A stretch of DNA of 64,000 bases from Octopus vulgaris. Taxonomy: Eukaryota. Below, one piece after another: positions 62,901-64,000 of the stretch. Every line of letters starts with the position of its first letter. Position 1 is the stretch's first letter. A program made the translations under genes and the position numbers. The notes beneath the pieces are model-generated. The model did no database searches. It worked only from the letters and a program-made list of their open reading frames with translations, and was not told where the DNA came from. The stretch is from positions 157,480,001 through 157,544,000 of the forward strand of contig OX597817.1 in NCBI GenBank assembly GCA_951406725.2. Direction: 5' to 3'.

Positions 62901-64000
62901 ATGAATGAATGAAATACTTATATAATGAAAACTATAGTACAGAGGGTTAACAGAGAAATTTACAGGAAATCTAAAAAAAAAAAGAACAGCACAATGAACA
63001 CAAACCCATTCAAGCTCTCAGCAGTTGCTGACCAAAAATGACCATCATTCATATATTTATTAATACTAAGTATGATGGATGAGCTCAGTATTTCAGTAGG
63101 CCTAGTGAGAATAACCAAGCTCACATCATCAAAGACAGTTAAATCAGAGGTGTATGTATGCATATTTGTGTGAGTGAGGGTTCATTACTATGCTTGCGGG
63201 GTTTGGTTTTCGCAGCGACATGTCATTGGGTTTATGTCTAATGTTAACTGTGGTCTGTGTGTGTGTGTAGTGGTATATAGTTATATGTACATAGTATGTC
63301 TTTATTGATTTATAGTCGTAACGTTGTTGGTGTGGAATATACGGCTAAACATATATGTTTGTGTAATGTATGTTGCTACTTATATGCTACATATGAGGGC
63401 CGATGAATGAGCAAGTGTTAATATGTGTGCACATGCTTTTAAATGCATGCAAGGTGTGCAGGGATTGGTGAGAATCATCCAGTTGACTGGTAAGTATGTG
63501 TTTATATATATGTATGTGTTTGTGTGTTTCTAGGCTTAAGTACCAAGAGAAGTGAAAATGGTTACTTGTGTATGAAGTGGGAAAGAGGTTAGATAAATGG
63601 CATATGTGTGTATGTGTACTTAGTGTGTGTTTTGTGCATGAGTATATTAGTACATGGATGTGTACCATATATACTAGACCTATAAGTCACACTTTTTCTC
63701 CCTGAAATTTTCACTAGCATTGGTTATCAAGTGATGTTAGGGGGACAAACACAGACACACAAATGTATAGACACATATATACATATATACGATGGGCTTC
63801 TTTCAGTTTCTGTCTACCAAATCCACTCACAAGGCTTTGGTTGGCCCGAGGCTATAGTAGAAGACACTTGCCCAAGGTACCATGCAGTGGGACTGAACCC
63901 ACAACCATATGGTTGGTAAGCAAGCTACTTACCACAGCATCCTATAAAAAAATTTTCAGATATTTTCTATTTACAAGCCACATCTGAAGTTCCAACACTA

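Overview
Eukaryotic, AT-rich, very repeat-dense DNA. From memory (no search run), the SINE and microsatellite landscape strongly resembles Octopus (coleoid cephalopod) genomes. One host gene is supported: the last two coding exons (235-317 and 11825-11978, + strand, 11.5-kb phase-2 intron) of a PfkB-family kinase, most likely the pseudouridine-metabolizing bifunctional PsuG/PsuK-type protein. The rest is layered mobile DNA: at least 8 tRNA-headed SINE families built from shuffled modules, RTE/R4/CR1-type LINE ends, mariner, pogo, piggyBac, hAT and Helitron derivatives (many nested, with readable target-site duplications, TSDs), and a U6 pseudogene abutting a SINE multimer. The most unexpected signal is a set of type I hammerhead ribozyme motifs of the Penelope-like-element (PLE) kind. 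One lies in the tail of a TSD-bounded tRNA-headed element, and an inverted pair lies in the probable 3' UTR of the host gene. Several perfect fold-back palindromes also occur. Nearly all ORFs in the supplied track are microsatellite or SINE artefacts. SINE family letters are my own labels.
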